Source: a virus
Virus record (IMG/VR): IMGVR_UViG_3300049927_000028
Span: 1 to 44,323 of that record
Length of the DNA stretch: 44,323 bases
Strand: one strand, 5' to 3'
Shown here: in pieces, positions 31,253 to 40,192 of the stretch
Numbering within the stretch: position 1 is the stretch's first letter
Layout of the letters: each line of letters begins with the position of its first letter
Position numbers and translations under genes: made by a program
Notes under the pieces: generated by a model
Database searches by the model: none
Seen by the model: only the letters and a program-made list of their open reading frames with translations
What the model was told of the DNA's origin: nothing

Positions 31253-32455
31253 ATGCCAAATATCGCGTCTTCCACTAATTTTCCACAAGGTTTCGCTGGC
31301 GGTGTATCTGTTCGCGGAGTCCCTTTGCTTCAATCTCAACCCGGTCAGGTGTTCTTTGTAGGTAATAGCTCAGTTCTATTACCCAATCAACGCGCGGGTT
31401 CGGACGGTAATCGAGGTACTTTCCTCGACCCATTCGCAACTCTATCCTATGCGGTGAATACTGCTTGCGTTCAAGGACGGGGCGATATAGTTTTTGTGAT
31501 GGCGAATCATAAGGAAACAATCCCTGATGCAGCGACGCTTACTTTGAGTACTGCGGGTGTTGCGATTATCGGTTTAGGTTCCGGTAACTCCCGTCCAACC
31601 TTCACTTTCACAACTGCTACGACTGCCAACATCCCAGTTAAAGCCGCAAATATGAGCATCCAGAATTGCTTGTTCGTGGGTAATTTCCTCTCAATAGCTT
31701 CTTGCATGACAGGGATTTGCGGAACTTCGGCAACTTCGACAATTTCTACTGCGGGTGTTTTGACTACAGTGGGTGCGGTAACTGGTACCTTTAATCCCGG
31801 CGCAGCTCTGATGGGTACTTTAGTACCTCCCGGCACTATCATCCAATCACAATTGACCGGAACTACCGGCGGTATCGGAACTTACCAAGTATATCCGTCG
31901 CCTACCGTAGCGGTAACTTCTACTACAATTACTTCAGGGCCCCAAGATTTCGCAATCGATAACTGTGAGTTCCGCGATATCTCTACTGTGTTAGGTTTCT
32001 TATCCGTCTTCACCGATGGGGCACAAACCAATGGGTCTTCGGGTTTCCAATTTACTCGTAACTTCATAGCAAGCAAGAGTACTGTCTCCCCGACCGTTGC
32101 CATTACTCTTGGAGTCGGGCATAACCGGGTTAATATTAGCGATAACTCTGGTGTGTCGGCAATCACAGCTGTAACTCAAGGCCCTTGCCTCTTAGCCGCA
32201 GCCGCAGACCTAACTGATTTTATCCTAGCTAGAAATAGATTCTACCGCCCTAATACTTCAACAAGTCTTCCGGTTGGGGTCTCGGCCGCTACCACAGCTT
32301 GGTCGGGTTATGCGTATGATAACTACTTCTGGAACCTTGGGGCCTCTACCGGCATATGGATTACCACTGGTACTAAATTGGGTTTCCAAAACAATTACAG
32401 CCCTATTACTGGCGCTGCCGATAAAAACGGTCTGATTAACCCAGCCGCCGTCTAA
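31253..32455 (+). CDS. Right-handed beta-helix (pectin-lyase-fold-like) virion protein, putative spike or depolymerase
   Basis: GQVFFVGNS...GTFLDPFATLSYAVNTACVQGRGDIVFVMANHKETI...AIIGLGSGNSRPTFTF followed by a repetitive T/S/G/A/N-rich body. Confidence 0.55.
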   Translation: MPNIASSTNFPQGFAGGVSVRGVPLLQSQPGQVFFVGNSSVLLPNQRAGSDGNRGTFLDPFATLSYAVNTACVQGRGDIVFVMANHKETIPDAATLTLSTAGVAIIGLGSGNSRPTFTFTTATTANIPVKAANMSIQNCLFVGNFLSIASCMTGICGTSATSTISTAGVLTTVGAVTGTFNPGAALMGTLVPPGTIIQSQLTGTTGGIGTYQVYPSPTVAVTSTTITSGPQDFAIDNCEFRDISTVLGFLSVFTDGAQTNGSSGFQFTRNFIASKSTVSPTVAITLGVGHNRVNISDNSGVSAITAVTQGPCLLAAAADLTDFILARNRFYRPNTSTSLPVGVSAATTAWSGYAYDNYFWNLGASTGIWITTGTKLGFQNNYSPITGAADKNGLINPAAV

Positions 32456-32472
32456 TTTAAAGGAGCTTTAAA

Positions 32473-33165
32473 ATGTCTAATATACAATTCCCAACTACAG
32501 TGGCCCAGAAGGTTCAGAACATCTGGAATCGCGATCAAGGTATCGTAGACGAAGGTACTTACTTCGTAGCTACGAATACCACAATCGGTACTGGTATAGC
32601 AACGACTACTTCGGTAGTTGATGATGGTAACTCAGGTGCGACTTCCGCTCAGACTCGTCCTTTGATGATTATTCAAAACGGGTATTCGGCCGGTAGCACT
32701 AATCCAAGTATCTACCCTATATCATTGAAGTTGCTAGTTACTGCGGCTCCTACATCAGCTACTTACTGGCAGATGGCGCTTCGTTTAGATCCTATCGTTC
32801 GGTATACTTCGGGCGGTTCGACTATCACCCCAGTAAATGTCAACGGTAACCTTGGCGGGAACTCCCGTGCAGCGATATATTTCGGTGCAATTACCGCAGC
32901 GGCTTCGTCCTCTACTGCCCGTGTGATCGCTAACAGTATGGTGAATCCGACTATCCCTGTAGTTAAAGATACTATGATCGTTCAATTCGGTAATTCTAGT
33001 GGTGACGTTCCTTACATCAACGCTGCTACCGTGAATACCACTAAAGTGATCAACTGCCCTCCAGTTGTTATACCTCCCGGATATTCTTTAGTAGTAGAAA
33101 TGTGGGGAGCTTCCAATGCCGCCGCACCTGCCTTTGAGTTCCAGTTCGACTATGTTGAGAGATAA
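32473..33165 (+). CDS. Hypothetical all-beta structural protein (230 aa)
   Basis: Track ORF with SD AAAGGAGctttaaa-ATG. T/S/A/G/N/V-rich with few charges. Confidence 0.6.
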   Translation: MSNIQFPTTVAQKVQNIWNRDQGIVDEGTYFVATNTTIGTGIATTTSVVDDGNSGATSAQTRPLMIIQNGYSAGSTNPSIYPISLKLLVTAAPTSATYWQMALRLDPIVRYTSGGSTITPVNVNGNLGGNSRAAIYFGAITAAASSSTARVIANSMVNPTIPVVKDTMIVQFGNSSGDVPYINAATVNTTKVINCPPVVIPPGYSLVVEMWGASNAAAPAFEFQFDYVER

Positions 33166-33171
33166 TCCATC

Positions 33172-33612
33172 ATGGCTAACTCCTTCGGTATTGATATACT
33201 TCAAGAAGGCCCCCGGAATGCGGTAGTTAAGCTTACGGGGATACTGGATTCCGGTGACATAACGGCGCAGTCCATCATCGCGCTCTCGGATTTCACTAAC
33301 AATGATAAGAATCTCTTCTTAACGGGGTTTAGGGTAGACTTTATTGAGTATTCCATGAGTAATGGGATGGAGATAAATTTATTCTGGAATAGTACTAACC
33401 CCGAGCAAATAGCCCCCTTAGCAGGTAGGGGGCGTTTTGGAGGTAGAAACTATGGAGGTATTACTCCCGATACCACCCGTACAGGATATGATGGCAGTAT
33501 TAATATGTCTACTTCCGGTACGGGAGCAGGGGTAGTTAATAATTTCACCGTAATATTAGAATTAGTAAAAATGTACAATGTTCATGGGACTATCGCATCT
33601 GGCCTAGGTTAA
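33172..33612 (+). CDS. Hypothetical all-beta structural protein (146 aa)
   Basis: Track ORF lying 6 nt after the upstream stop. Confidence 0.6.
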   Translation: MANSFGIDILQEGPRNAVVKLTGILDSGDITAQSIIALSDFTNNDKNLFLTGFRVDFIEYSMSNGMEINLFWNSTNPEQIAPLAGRGRFGGRNYGGITPDTTRTGYDGSINMSTSGTGAGVVNNFTVILELVKMYNVHGTIASGLG

Positions 33613-33622
33613 GGAGACTATC

Positions 33623-33847
33623 ATGGAAGATTCAGAATTGTTTCTCATGATAGGCAAGTTTGAGGCGAAGATCGAATCCCTAGAGCATTCTCTAGATAAA
33701 TTAGAGAAGTGTGTTGTATCGCTTACGGAAGCTATGGCAGATAACAAGGGGAGTTGGAGAGTTCTAGTTTCCCTTGCTGCCGTATCCTCCCTTCTAGGGG
33801 CTTTCGCCCACAAACCAATTGATATTATTTTAGGTCTTTTTAAATGA
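33623..33847 (+). CDS. Coiled-coil protein with a C-terminal TM helix (DUF1515-like, 74 aa)
   Basis: SD AAGGAGactatc-ATG. KFEAKIESLEHSLDKLEKCVVSLTEAMADNKG then WRVLVSLAAVSSLLGAFA. Confidence 0.55.
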   Translation: MEDSELFLMIGKFEAKIESLEHSLDKLEKCVVSLTEAMADNKGSWRVLVSLAAVSSLLGAFAHKPIDIILGLFK

Positions 33848-34560
33848 CTACTCCAACTAATTTCAATACCCCCGCGCGATGCATAGAATATGCGATGAAG
33901 GATGCGGGATTGCTCCAGCACGGGGATTCTCCGGACAGCGAGCATTATGCAGAATATGGGAATAGACTAGTTGATTTGATTAATTTATTCCAGACTCAGG
34001 GATTGAAGCTTTGGTTGAATCAGGATCTATCCATAGCCCTCACTCAGGGTACCAGTCTATATACTTTAGGTCTTACTGGTACTTTGTATATGATAAAACC
34101 AACTCGGGTCATACAAGCTTATTTTAATGATGTTAATGGAATAACCCGCCCTCTTATGATGATATCTCGGGATGAATGGTCTCGGTTGGCTAATCGCTCT
34201 CAGCAAGGGGCAATAAATTCTGTGTTCGTAGACAAGCAACAAGATTATCTTGGGATAAATCTATGGATGACTCCTGATGCTAATTCAGCTTTAGGTACTC
34301 TTCATTTGATTATACAAAATCAAGTAACCCAGTTTTCTGGCCTCACTGATACGATTAACTTCCCCACTGAATGGTTTATGGCGCTCCGCTGGGGATTGGC
34401 GGATGATATCGCAGGAGGGCAGCCTGAAGCCATCATGGCAAGATGCGCACAGAAAGCCAATACCTTCCGTGATGCGCTGGAAAACTGGGACGTGGAAGAC
34501 GCGGCTACGCAATTCCAACCCGATCCGAATACAGGAAGGAACACTGGGGGGTTTAGATAA
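33844..34560 (+). CDS. Head-to-tail adaptor, P22 gp4-like (with an insertion)
   Basis: ATGA coupling. The N-terminal helix pair (CIEYAMKDAGLL...YGNRLVDLINLFQTQG) and C-terminal WFMALRWGLADDIAG resemble the gp4-type tail accessory factor. Recalled from memory. Confidence 0.45.
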   Translation: MTTPTNFNTPARCIEYAMKDAGLLQHGDSPDSEHYAEYGNRLVDLINLFQTQGLKLWLNQDLSIALTQGTSLYTLGLTGTLYMIKPTRVIQAYFNDVNGITRPLMMISRDEWSRLANRSQQGAINSVFVDKQQDYLGINLWMTPDANSALGTLHLIIQNQVTQFSGLTDTINFPTEWFMALRWGLADDIAGGQPEAIMARCAQKANTFRDALENWDVEDAATQFQPDPNTGRNTGGFR

Positions 34561-35966
34561 TGCCCGGTAAAGTCCCGCTTCCCCTTCGAGTCCCATTAGC
34601 TACCGCCCCCGAGAACCGGGGATACACCACAGCTAAGGACGCTAAGCTGATAAATTGTTACCTCGAGACAGTTACTCCCGGGGACTATCAGGTTATTAAA
34701 CGCCCCGGAATTAGCCCGAATATTATCTCTACCTACCCTGCTAATAACTTCGGCGGGATACTCTCGTTTGCGGGGGTTACTTACGTAATCGCGGGAGGGT
34801 ATTTCTATGTGAACACGACGTTGATTGGGAATGTCAATACCACGGGGGGTAGATATTGGTTTTCCGTAATCAAAGGCGCTATACCAAAGATTGTGTTTTC
34901 CAACACAACTAATATGTATTTTTATGACAGTATTGATGGGCTTGTGGGGGCGGGTAGTGTCTCGGCCCCTCCTAGCGTTATGGTTCCCGGATTCGCTTAT
35001 CTAGACGCAACGTTATATGTCTTAACTCCTGATGCCCATATCTTCGGTTCCGGTTTGAATGACGTAACAAATTGGGCTATTACGAATGTGATCGTAGCCC
35101 AGATTGAACCTGATGATGCAATTGCCATAGCAAAGCAGCTAGTTTATGTCATTGTGTTTAAGCAATGGTCTACAGAAGTTTTCTACGATCAAGGTAATGC
35201 GGCAGGTAGTCCTTTAGGTCCGAATCAAGCTGCTAAGATGAATTATGGTTGCGTGAATGGGGCGTCTGTTTTGGATATTGACGGGGATCTTTTTTGGGTG
35301 TCGTCGACGAGATCCGCTACTTCACAAGTAATGATGATGCGGAATTTATCCCCTTTGGTCATATCAAATTCCCATATCGAGAGATTACTTCAAGCATCCA
35401 ATCTCCAACCGACAAACTTGAATAATATGTACGTTTGGAATTATAAAGGAGAGGGTCATAATTTTTATGTATTGACCCTAATTGATGCTAACCTAACCCT
35501 CGCGTATGATATAAGAGAGCAGACTTGGTGCCAATGGACTGACCCAAATGGAAATTATGTTCCTGTTTTAGCATCTACGTTTTCCGGTAGTAACGAAGTA
35601 ATTTTCCACCAAAACGGAAATACCTACTTAATGAATGCAGGAATTTACATGGATGTAGGAGTTCCGTTTTCAGTGGATCTTTATACCCCGAATTTCGATG
35701 GGGGGGTTGATAGGAGAAAGGTACTGACACGGATAAGATTTCTGGGAGATCAAACTCCCGGATGTGTACTAAAGGTCAGATGTAATGACCAAGATTACAA
35801 TCCACTCAAGTGGACTAACTTTCGTACGGTTGATATGAATAAGCAAAGACCGTTTTTAGATAATTGTGGGACGTTCTATAGAAGATCCTATCACATTAAC
35901 TTCACAGGAAACGCTCCGATGCGGCTTAGGGGACTAGATGTTGACATGGATCTAGGTTCCCTATGA
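34560..35966 (+). CDS. Tail hub / packaged-DNA stabilisation protein, P22 gp10-like
   Basis: 468 aa (P22 gp10 is about 470 aa). TAATG coupling to the gp4-like gene. DAKLINCYLE...IKRPG start and a repetitive beta-propeller-like body. Confidence 0.5.
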   Translation: MPGKVPLPLRVPLATAPENRGYTTAKDAKLINCYLETVTPGDYQVIKRPGISPNIISTYPANNFGGILSFAGVTYVIAGGYFYVNTTLIGNVNTTGGRYWFSVIKGAIPKIVFSNTTNMYFYDSIDGLVGAGSVSAPPSVMVPGFAYLDATLYVLTPDAHIFGSGLNDVTNWAITNVIVAQIEPDDAIAIAKQLVYVIVFKQWSTEVFYDQGNAAGSPLGPNQAAKMNYGCVNGASVLDIDGDLFWVSSTRSATSQVMMMRNLSPLVISNSHIERLLQASNLQPTNLNNMYVWNYKGEGHNFYVLTLIDANLTLAYDIREQTWCQWTDPNGNYVPVLASTFSGSNEVIFHQNGNTYLMNAGIYMDVGVPFSVDLYTPNFDGGVDRRKVLTRIRFLGDQTPGCVLKVRCNDQDYNPLKWTNFRTVDMNKQRPFLDNCGTFYRRSYHINFTGNAPMRLRGLDVDMDLGSL

Positions 35967-37501
35967 GTTATTCTCCGCCGCCGCTATACTCGGCTATGGT
36001 TACTACCGACCCGCAGACAGGGTTGGAAGTCAATAGCCCCCTGTGGATGAATTGGTTCTTGGGGCTGACCCAAACTGTTACTACCGTCACAGAGACTATC
36101 AATGTTTATATCCCTGCGGGCGGATCGACTCCTATAGCAGTGAATTCTGGTGGCGGTTCTAGCGAGGGGGTTGTACTAGAAGGTGATGATAGTGTTAGTT
36201 TTATGTACCCCCCGGGAGATACGTCCAACAGAACTATTGCGAAAGGAGGAACATACTACCTCGACCCCGCTTTAGCGAGTTACATTACTTGGAGTAGTAC
36301 TAATGGGCTTTTTTACAAGCCGGGGCCTACATCGGGAAGTAATGCCGATCACACGTGGACAGGGTCTACGGGAGCTACCGAGGCTACCCTGTCCGCAGGG
36401 TCATATGTAGTACAAGGTAATATTACCGCTACCGGAGCTTTACAAGGTGCTAGTGGTTTAATAACAGGAAACCTAGTTGGGCAGAGTATTATTCAAGGGC
36501 AGTCACTTGAAACTACTTCCGGATTTGTGTATCTGAACGGAACGGCTTCGGCTTATCTAGGTTTAGATGGTACGAAAGGGATCATTTACCACTCAGGGCA
36601 ATTCGATGGAACATACAGCCATTCATGGCAGAATTCCGGCGGTGGTACCCTAATGACTCTTACCCCAAAAGGGGCGCTTCAAGTCAGTGGGCCTATATTT
36701 GGTCCGGGGGGTAATTTTTGGGGTAATCCGGGAGCGGATGGTTGTGATGGGGAAGATGGTTTGATGGGGCCGCCGGGGACTGGCGGGACTAACGGGACTA
36801 ATGGTGCCACAGGGCAAATAGGCCCTACGGGGGCTGCTGGCCCTTTAGGGATGGATGGGGTTGATGGGGAAGATGGCAGCATGGGGCCACAAGGTATTCC
36901 CGGGACTAATGGTACTAATGGGTCGAATGGGGCGCAAGGAGCTACCGGACCACAAGGGCCGGCGGGGGTGATGGGGATACCGGATATAGATTACACGGAT
37001 GTTGCTAGCGAGTCTTTATCAGTATCCCCCCAGCAAAGCAACCCAATAATAGCCGCTTTAAATGTTACGGGTATCATAACACCTTCCACTACATCAGGAA
37101 TTCGAGGTACTACTCTGGCCGACGAAGCTAATGCAGGGTCAATAGGGGAGTTTAAAACCGTTACTTTAGGGCCTACGGCGGTAACATCCGCAGTAACTAC
37201 TAATGTAGGAAGTACGACCTTGACGGCAGGTGACTGGGAAGTTGTGGGAGTTAATAATTATGTAATGACTGTAGGGGGAGTTACTTTCGTATATTACGGA
37301 GGAACTAGCACTACCTCCGCTACCCTAGGCCCTTTTGGGTCTTATTTCCAATTTCAGGGGCAGGGAAGTAATATACTTGCCATACCCCCTGTGAGGTATA
37401 ATGTCAGTACTTCTACCACTCTGTATTCTGTTGTAAATGTATCTTTCGGGTCGGGTACGTGTACCGTCACCAGTATAGTTAATATGCGGAGAATTAGATA
37501 A
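35963..37501 (+). CDS. Collagen-repeat fibre / needle-like tail protein
   Basis: 29 uninterrupted G-X-Y triplets (GNPGADGCDGEDG...GPQGPAGVMGIP). ATGA coupling to the gp10-like gene. Beta-rich C-terminal domain. Confidence 0.85.
   Translation: MSYSPPPLYSAMVTTDPQTGLEVNSPLWMNWFLGLTQTVTTVTETINVYIPAGGSTPIAVNSGGGSSEGVVLEGDDSVSFMYPPGDTSNRTIAKGGTYYLDPALASYITWSSTNGLFYKPGPTSGSNADHTWTGSTGATEATLSAGSYVVQGNITATGALQGASGLITGNLVGQSIIQGQSLETTSGFVYLNGTASAYLGLDGTKGIIYHSGQFDGTYSHSWQNSGGGTLMTLTPKGALQVSGPIFGPGGNFWGNPGADGCDGEDGLMGPPGTGGTNGTNGATGQIGPTGAAGPLGMDGVDGEDGSMGPQGIPGTNGTNGSNGAQGATGPQGPAGVMGIPDIDYTDVASESLSVSPQQSNPIIAALNVTGIITPSTTSGIRGTTLADEANAGSIGEFKTVTLGPTAVTSAVTTNVGSTTLTAGDWEVVGVNNYVMTVGGVTFVYYGGTSTTSATLGPFGSYFQFQGQGSNILAIPPVRYNVSTSTTLYSVVNVSFGSGTCTVTSIVNMRRIR
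36722..36982 (+). repeat. Collagen-like G-X-Y tract with an internal 117-nt (13-triplet) tandem duplication
   Basis: gatggggaagatgg recurs at 36746 and 36863. Peptide units DGEDGLMGPPGTGGTNGTNGATG and DGEDGSMGPQGIPGTNGTNGSNG. Confidence 0.85.
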
Positions 37502-37516
37502 CAAAAGGAGAACATC

Positions 37517-37891
37517 ATGGCAGCGAACAAAGCAATACGACTAGGGCCAGTAGCCCTCACAACGACCGCAGCGACTAACGTATGGAACCCCCCGACTACT
37601 ACCGGCGGTGTGGGAACCGGTACGACGAATACGAATACTTATTACATTATTCGGCATATTCGGGCGACGAATACAACCGGCACTGCGGCGACGGTAACTA
37701 TTAACGTAGGTACTACAGGGATAGTGACACTTCCATCTGTAATGGCATGGTATCAAACAACTGTCCCCGCGAACTCAGCCATTGATTGGTATGGGGCATT
37801 ACGACTAGATGTAGCGGATTTCCTCGTCGCGTCTTCTCAAACTACCGCCGCCATTACGCTCACTGCGGACGCTGAAATAGGACTAGCATAA
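37517..37891 (+). CDS. Hypothetical Thr-rich beta protein (124 aa)
   Basis: SD AAAGGAGaacatc-ATG and TAATG coupling downstream. Confidence 0.6.
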   Translation: MAANKAIRLGPVALTTTAATNVWNPPTTTGGVGTGTTNTNTYYIIRHIRATNTTGTAATVTINVGTTGIVTLPSVMAWYQTTVPANSAIDWYGALRLDVADFLVASSQTTAAITLTADAEIGLA

Positions 37892-38346
37892 TGATTGAGT
37901 TTAAGACGCTGACTGTCTCGGCTATGCGGGGTTTCGGGGAAGATTTACTAGAAGCTCATTACCAAGAATTAACACTTCATAAGGAAGTAGTTAAATTGAA
38001 TGTGGATTGGGAAAAGTATTCTCTTATGGAGAAACGGGGAATGCTTATGTCGATAGGGGTTTTTGAAGATTCAATCTTAGTAGGGTATTCTGTATTCATA
38101 TTAGCGGATCATGCGCATTATAAAGATATGCTGGTTGCTTCTAATGACGTTTTGTTTCTCCGGGAAGATAAACGAAAAGGCTCCTTGGGAGTCCGGCTTG
38201 TTAGGGAAAGTGAAGCCCGATTGCACGCAAAAGGAGTGACTAAAATCCTCTGGCATTGTAAGTACGGAACTGTTCTAGGGAAGCTTCTAAAGCACATGGG
38301 TTATGTGAACGAAGAATTCACTATGGGTAAAATACTAGGGAGTTGA
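37891..38346 (+). CDS. GNAT-like N-acetyltransferase
   Basis: ILVGYSVFIL...DVLFLREDKRKGSLGVRLVRESEARLHAKGVTKILWH...LLKHMGY fits the GNAT beta4-alpha3-beta5 core. The motif A spacing is slightly atypical. Confidence 0.55.
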   Translation: MIEFKTLTVSAMRGFGEDLLEAHYQELTLHKEVVKLNVDWEKYSLMEKRGMLMSIGVFEDSILVGYSVFILADHAHYKDMLVASNDVLFLREDKRKGSLGVRLVRESEARLHAKGVTKILWHCKYGTVLGKLLKHMGYVNEEFTMGKILGS

Positions 38347-38348
38347 TC

Positions 38349-39062
38349 ATGGGTATATCAGCGGTGGTTGGGGGGATAGCTAGTGCGGTATCTACGGTAG
38401 CTCCTATTGTGTCAGGCGGGATGGCTATTGCGAATGCGGTAGGCGGCGGTAGTGGCGGTAGTGGCGGGGGCGGAGGTGGTGGGAGCCCTACAACTGCGGG
38501 TAGTCCAGTGGCTACTGCCGCCCCCTTCGCGCAATACCAACCTATGTATGGCCAGCAATTGAATGAGTTAATGTCTGGAGTTTATGGTGGGCAGGGTAAC
38601 GCTGCCCTCGCTAAAATGCCGGGATACCAAGCGGGGCTGGATGCGGTTCAGCGCGCAGGTGCGGCGCAAGGATTTACAGGTTCCGGAAATATGGAGAATG
38701 CATTACTTCAATATGGAGGTAATATATTTAACCAACAATTATCCACCTTAGAGCTTTTGTCCGGCGCGGGGATTAACCCCGGAACAGCGGGGCAGCTTCA
38801 ACAAAGCGGCACTCAAGCGAATACTCAATTAATGGGACAGGGGATTAATTCTCTTGCTTATGGGGCGCAGACGGCTGCGAATGCTTTCAATTCTCCTTCC
38901 TCGTCTTCATCCTATTTCGGAGGTACTACCGGAGATACGTCCCCCGCTAATTACACTACCGTAGGCTCCGGAACTTCTGGTATTTATGATGCAGGTTCCA
39001 GTTCGATAGGATCGTCTGGTTATAGCGATGGTTTCGGCGGAACGTATAACTTTGGCGGATAG
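38349..39062 (+). CDS. Gly/Ser/Gln-rich internal virion (ejection) protein with an N-terminal hydrophobic segment
   Basis: ATG at 38349 behind GGGAGttgatc (the track TTG is at 38343). GISAVVGGIASAVSTVAPIV then GGGSGGSGGGGGGGS. Position equals the P22 ejection genes. Confidence 0.5.
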   Translation: MGISAVVGGIASAVSTVAPIVSGGMAIANAVGGGSGGSGGGGGGGSPTTAGSPVATAAPFAQYQPMYGQQLNELMSGVYGGQGNAALAKMPGYQAGLDAVQRAGAAQGFTGSGNMENALLQYGGNIFNQQLSTLELLSGAGINPGTAGQLQQSGTQANTQLMGQGINSLAYGAQTAANAFNSPSSSSSYFGGTTGDTSPANYTTVGSGTSGIYDAGSSSIGSSGYSDGFGGTYNFGG

Positions 39063-39070
39063 GAGACATC

Positions 39071-40192
39071 ATGGCTGACTTCAGTATGTATGGTCCCTCT
39101 CAAGGGGGCGCTCGTTTAGCAATAAACGATATGCAACAGCAGCAGATGAATGATATTTCCATTCAAGAAGGTCAACAGAAAGTAGAAGAAGGTAAGGGAA
39201 AGCTTCTGGATCAACAGCAAGCTCGGGTACAGTCACAACAAATTCAAGCGAAACAGCAGCAAGACCAAGCGACACAATTGGATATACTTCAGCGCGATCA
39301 AGCCGCATCACTTACCGACATCGGCACTGATATGATAAAAGCGGGATTAGTGGAGCAGGGGAGTAAGTTACTAACCGTAGCAGCTAATGCTGGGGAAAAG
39401 ATAGCATTAGGGGATAGGGCAAAAGCGGACGCTTCCCTAAAGCAGACGGAAGATAAATTAAAACAAATTGATATGTTCACGGCGAATGTCGAGAATTCCC
39501 ATAGTCAAGCGGACTGGGATAGAAATGTCCAACGGGCGGAACAGATTTACGGTAAGGAGGCTCCGCCGTTCTTCAAGAATGCCGTGTGGTCTCCCGAGAT
39601 GAAAGAACAGATGAAATCGTTAGGCTCCACTTGGAAAGAACGTAATACATTGGAGTTGGGGAAACAGAAGGCGGCTGCGGCAGAGGCGGAAAGAGCCTCG
39701 AGGGAAAAACTTCGTTCTATACAAGCGGAAAAAGAAAAAGCCCAGACGAAGGAAATAGAAGCGCGGACTACGAAGATTGAAAAGAACGATGGGGTGAATT
39801 CTGCGTCGAAGCCGAATACGCAGTTATTGAAATCTGCGGAAGCTATGATTAAGTCAGAGCGTCCGGATATGTCGTCTACGGAAAGGGCTAACACAGCAGC
39901 TTATGTAACTAGTCAAGCACAAGCAGCGTTGCAGAAAAACAAAGCTCTAGATTGGGAAACTGCGTTGAATCAAGAATATGGGAAGATAAAGAAAGATATT
40001 AAAACGGAGTCTACTTTCTGGGGCCTTGGTAAAGATGTAGTGAAATTCGATCGCCCTAAAGATAAAGCTACCCCGGCCCCCAAAGGAACTAATTTTAATT
40101 CCGGTGCCGATGCTGATATAGCTGCCCAAAAAGGACTCATTAAAAAAGGTGATAGAATCGTAGTGAATGGTGTTTCCGGGACTTGGCAATAA
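39071..40192 (+). CDS. Gln/Lys/Glu-rich coiled-coil internal virion (ejection) protein
   Basis: SD TAGGAGacatc-ATG. 373 aa of low-complexity helical sequence. Confidence 0.5.
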   Translation: MADFSMYGPSQGGARLAINDMQQQQMNDISIQEGQQKVEEGKGKLLDQQQARVQSQQIQAKQQQDQATQLDILQRDQAASLTDIGTDMIKAGLVEQGSKLLTVAANAGEKIALGDRAKADASLKQTEDKLKQIDMFTANVENSHSQADWDRNVQRAEQIYGKEAPPFFKNAVWSPEMKEQMKSLGSTWKERNTLELGKQKAAAAEAERASREKLRSIQAEKEKAQTKEIEARTTKIEKNDGVNSASKPNTQLLKSAEAMIKSERPDMSSTERANTAAYVTSQAQAALQKNKALDWETALNQEYGKIKKDIKTESTFWGLGKDVVKFDRPKDKATPAPKGTNFNSGADADIAAQKGLIKKGDRIVVNGVSGTWQ

